Below are positions 54,057-55,042 of a DNA stretch of 55,042 bases, one piece after another (position 1 is the stretch's first letter; every line of letters begins with the position of its first letter). The notes beneath the pieces are model-generated. The model made no database searches and was not told the DNA's origin. It worked only from the letters and a program-made list of their open reading frames with translations. The position numbers and the translations under genes are program-made. Source of the DNA: Sodaliphilus sp. (GTDB lineage Bacteria > Bacteroidota > Bacteroidia > Bacteroidales > Muribaculaceae); assembly GCA_045628365.1 (NCBI GenBank), contig JAZQPG010000162.1, positions 1 through 55,042 on the forward strand, written 5' to 3'.

Positions 54057-55042
54057 TCAGAGGGCAAGGCGAAGCCCCAGGTCTTCGTCGCGGTTCGACG
54101 GGCCGCTGAGGCTGCGATGAGCCGAACGGCAGTCCCTGGCGCTGCCGCGCCTGCTGCCCCCGCGAAACACGCGGCGAGACCCACTGGAGGGGCCGGTGGG
54201 GTTTGTCTGGACACCGCTGCTGTAGTTTCCATACCAGTCCTGGCACCACTCCCACACGTTGCCGCTCATGTCATAGATGCCAAGCTCGTTCGCAGCCTTA
54301 GAGGCTACGAGATGAGTCTTGTAGCCGCTGTTCTCCCAGCACCATGCCACGTCGTCGATGTTGTTGCTGCCGCTGTACTGGTAGCCGCGGCTGTTGCACC
54401 CGCCGCGCGCGGCAAACTCCCACTCCGCCTCAGTGGGCAGGCGGAAATTATGCCCCGTAAGCGAATTCAGTTTGCTAACGAATTTCTGACAATCTTTCCA
54501 TGAAACTTTCTCCACAGGCAGGTTGTCTCCTTTGAACTTTGACGGGTTTTTACCCATCACTGCCTGCCACAGGGCCTGGGTTACCTCGGTCTCGCCTATC
54601 CAGTAACTGCTCAAGGTCACCTGGTGCGTGGGCTTCTCGTCGTCCCATGATTCCTGCTGCTCCCTGGTCGCGCCCATCGTGAACGTGCCGCCCTGGACAT
54701 ACATCATTTTGAACGACACACCATTCACAGTGAAAGTCTTTGGCACAACACTCCGTGGTGTATCCTTGGACGTTTCCTCTGCTAAAGTTTTTTTCTCCAG
54801 CTTCTGTGCAGGATCAGTAACTGCTTCGGATTCATGTTCAGAATCTAAAGGCCCTGAGAGGCCAAGGCGCAAGCCAAGGTCATTGCCACGGTAGCCGGGC
54901 GCGTTGTCGATGCGAATAGCCGAGCGGCAGCCCCTCGCGGTGAAGCCCCAGCAACCGCCGCGACACACGCGGTAAGACCCACTGGAGGGGCCGGTGGGGT
55001 TGATCTGCGATGAGCTGCTGTAACTGCCCCACCAGTCCTGAC
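54057..55042 (-). CDS. Tandem FGE-sulfatase (CLec-fold) domain protein, 5'-truncated by window end; candidate DGR target
   Basis: Frame open to 55042 (QDWWGSYSSSSQINPTGPSSGSYRVCRGG..LGLRL), linker, then a full domain GGTFTMG, LPTEAEWEFAARGG, NELGIYDMSGNVWEWC, RVFRGG, LGLRLAL*. Confidence 0.88.
   Translation of the reverse strand, partial: QDWWGSYSSSSQINPTGPSSGSYRVCRGGCWGFTARGCRSAIRIDNAPGYRGNDLGLRLGLSGPLDSEHESEAVTDPAQKLEKKTLAEETSKDTPRSVVPKTFTVNGVSFKMMYVQGGTFTMGATREQQESWDDEKPTHQVTLSSYWIGETEVTQALWQAVMGKNPSKFKGDNLPVEKVSWKDCQKFVSKLNSLTGHNFRLPTEAEWEFAARGGCNSRGYQYSGSNNIDDVAWCWENSGYKTHLVASKAANELGIYDMSGNVWEWCQDWYGNYSSGVQTNPTGPSSGSRRVFRGGSRRGSARDCRSAHRSLSGPSNRDEDLGLRLAL

Noticed and set aside
44494-55042. 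Complete DGR within the window
   Set aside because: No reverse transcriptase ORF, no Avd-like gene and no AAC-rich template repeat found; only target-like genes.

Overview
A 55-kb chromosomal segment from a high-GC3 Bacteroidales genome, probably Muribaculaceae/Prevotella-like. The evidence is TAnnTTTG promoters, a SusC/SusD pair and the DUF3822-rsmD arrangement. Housekeeping genes (RluA-family, miaA, xpt, rsmD, murF, ddl) flank a large accessory region. The centre (16.6-44.5 kb, 12 co-oriented minus-strand genes) is a PUL-like locus. It holds a SusC/SusD/lipoprotein/PKD-lipoprotein core and eight signal-peptide proteins that all end in a dockerin-like module: 3 GHL10/DigH-like hydrolases, 2 NAGPA-type phosphodiester glycosidases and 3 paralogues of an uncharacterised propeller-like domain. 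This may be a dockerin-organised system for scavenging bacterial cell walls; no cohesin is seen in the window. Other notable items: (1) a low-GC DUF3791-DUF3990-DUF3791 cassette bracketed by an exact 32-bp direct repeat; (2) C-type-lectin-fold genes with DGR variable-region signatures but no RT or TR nearby; (3) two membrane Ser/Thr kinases; (4) a Clostridia-like ddl-murF pair; (5) many structured intergenic repeats (8-9-bp arrays, GNA-triloop mini-hairpins). No rRNA, tRNA, CRISPR array, integrase or intact transposase was recognised. All family calls come from motif recognition by eye, not database searches.
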